64,000 nt of DNA, taken from Podarcis muralis (taxonomy: Eukaryota). The notes below the pieces were generated by a model, which worked only from the letters and a program-made list of their open reading frames with translations, was not told the origin of the DNA and searched no databases. Positions 62,558 to 64,000 of the stretch are shown piece by piece. The stretch covers positions 90,210,001 to 90,274,000 of the forward strand of contig NC_135657.1 in NCBI RefSeq assembly GCF_964188315.1, in the 5' to 3' direction. The position numbers were made by a program, and so were the translations under genes. The first letter of the stretch is position 1; each line of letters starts with the position of its first letter.

Positions 62558-63546
62558 AAGTGCTGGTCCCGTGGGTTAACCGAGAGGCGAGGTCCGAGTC
62601 CAGTCCGTGGTCGAAGGTGCAGTATGGAGGCAGTCCGTAGAAGCTGAAGCTGGCCGCAGGGCAGGGCAGGGAGTCAGGTGAGGTCAGGAGTGCAGGCGGG
62701 AACGCAGGGCAGGGTTCAGGCAGGAATTGGCAACCTACCAAGTAACCTGGGACTGGGGGGGACGCGACTGGCTTTTATCTGCCCCGAGGCATAGGGCAGC
62801 CCCGATCCTCAGGTGACTCACCTCTCCTGGCCTGGAGGCGAGCACTCCTCCTGCAGGAACTTAGTTCCCTTCGCCTCTCTGCCCTGAGCCTCTGCAGCTC
62901 AGGAGAGGCTGGAGGGTTACTGGACCCAGAGGCAACCTCAGCTTCCTCTGATGGGGCTGAGAGTGGAGCACCTGCAGGCAATGGGTCCTCCCTCTGTTAG
63001 GATATTTCCGTTCCACCTTAAAAGGGAGCAGGCTTTGTGAGTCAGAGTCTGCGTATTTCCTGTTCACAGGAAGTTTATGTTTGTCTTTGCTTTCGTTTCT
63101 CTCTCTGCCTGAAACACTGAAGCAGGCAGTCATGTTTTTCTCTGTTCTGACTAACGCAGAATAAACTTATAAATAATGCTCTCCTGCGTGCATCTTTCGC
63201 TGTGCATTATCTGCTGATAAGAGCGTGCATCAGCTCTGGAATGTGGCAAGCTATTTCTGGAGCTTGTGTCGCTAATTGCTGATACTGCGTGTCTACGGGA
63301 GATTGATGGACGTCCGGAGGCGACGTGGGGCCATGATGGACTTTGTCTCCCTGGCAGTATCCCAACACCCTCACCTCAGGAGCCAGGGCAGACTCAGCTG
63401 GTGCCTGTACTTGAGGATCCAGCACAGGTGAGGACCCTTTGGGCTCAGGCCCCAGCCCCGGCTCAGCTGGTTCTGGAGGCGGGGACTCCTGTGCAGGCTG
63501 GGATTCCTCAGGTTCAGCATCTGAGTCCGAATCCCAGGCCATCACA
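62558..63546 (-). mobile_element. LTR-like element (611 bp after removing the nested LTR) inserted in CR1
   Basis: Exact 5-bp TSD AGTTA at 62553-62557 and 63547-63551. The minus strand starts TGTGATG; the other end (...CAGCACTT) is non-canonical. Confidence 0.75.
62995..63367 (+). mobile_element. Solo LTR (373 bp) nested in the previous element
   Basis: TGTTAGGATA...TATCCCAACA inverted termini; exact TSD CCCTC at 62990-62994 and 63368-63372; AATAAA at 63160-63165. Confidence 0.9.
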
Positions 63547-64000
63547 AGTTATCTCATCCAGCCCATATTTTACCAGCTTCTCCACAAGAATGTCATGGAG
63601 GACTTTGTCAAAAGCCTTACTGAAATCAAGATACACTACGTCCACCAATGTTGTAACTCTATGTCTACAGCGTTCCTGTGATCCACCAAGCAAAAAAGAA
63701 AAAAAGAAGCGAGATTTGTCTGGCATGACTTATTTTTGAGAAACCCACGTTGGGTTTTAGTAATCACAGCATCCTTTTCTAAGTGCTTACAGGCCAACTG
63801 CTTAGTTATCTGTTCTGGGATCTTGATATTGATGTAAAGTTCAGCGGTTGGGTAGTGCACCCCTTGCATTTGGGAACATGTATGTTTCCTCAGAAAGAGG
63901 TCTATACAGACAGTTTCTTCTGTAGATTTTCACAGCTTTTCATGGTCCCTCTTCTAAATCTCCATCAAAACGAGGTGTGCAAAAATTGTGGTTTGCTAAA

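Larger units (their letters stand above)
61541..63878 (-). mobile_element. CR1 LINE, decayed RT region plus 3' UTR, interrupted at 62558-63546
   Basis: RT motifs VDVVYLDFSKAFDKV and SGVPQVSVLGPLLFNIFINDLD...KFADDTKLG; 3' end ccaactctatgattctacga. The 5' boundary is approximate. Confidence 0.93.

Noticed and set aside
58380-64000. NBAS exon 24 (VDCALSLIRLGMER...)
   Set aside because: No matching sequence found; it presumably lies beyond the window end.

Overview
Vertebrate genomic DNA, most likely from a lacertid lizard (inferred from Sauria SINEs, Squam3-like SINEs, BovB, CR1 and lacertid-type MITEs). The whole window lies inside one + strand gene, NBAS (neuroblastoma-amplified sequence; Sec39 orthologue, NRZ Golgi-to-ER tether subunit and NMD factor). 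I can trace 19 consecutive GT-AG coding exons from 1168 to 58379, numbered 5-23 by human orthology from memory. They total 2290 nt (1 nt + 763 codons), are phase-consistent, contain no stop codon, and encode most of the beta-propeller and the start of the Sec39 domain. Neighbouring exons were not found in the window. The remainder is intron with many transposable elements; most ORF-track entries are spurious or TE remnants. I found no clearly new multi-gene system. The best leads are: (1) a minimal Penelope-type hammerhead ribozyme in the sense strand of intron 21, with a G12A catalytic change, embedded in a perfect 73-bp inverted repeat; (2) three solo-LTR-like elements that each open an acidic-then-basic ORF at nucleotide 2 of the LTR, one restored in frame by removing a nested LTR and ending in an HMGN-like RRSARL motif; (3) several splice choices that would put a stop codon into this NMD gene; (4) multi-layer nested TE insertions with clean target-site duplications (TSDs).
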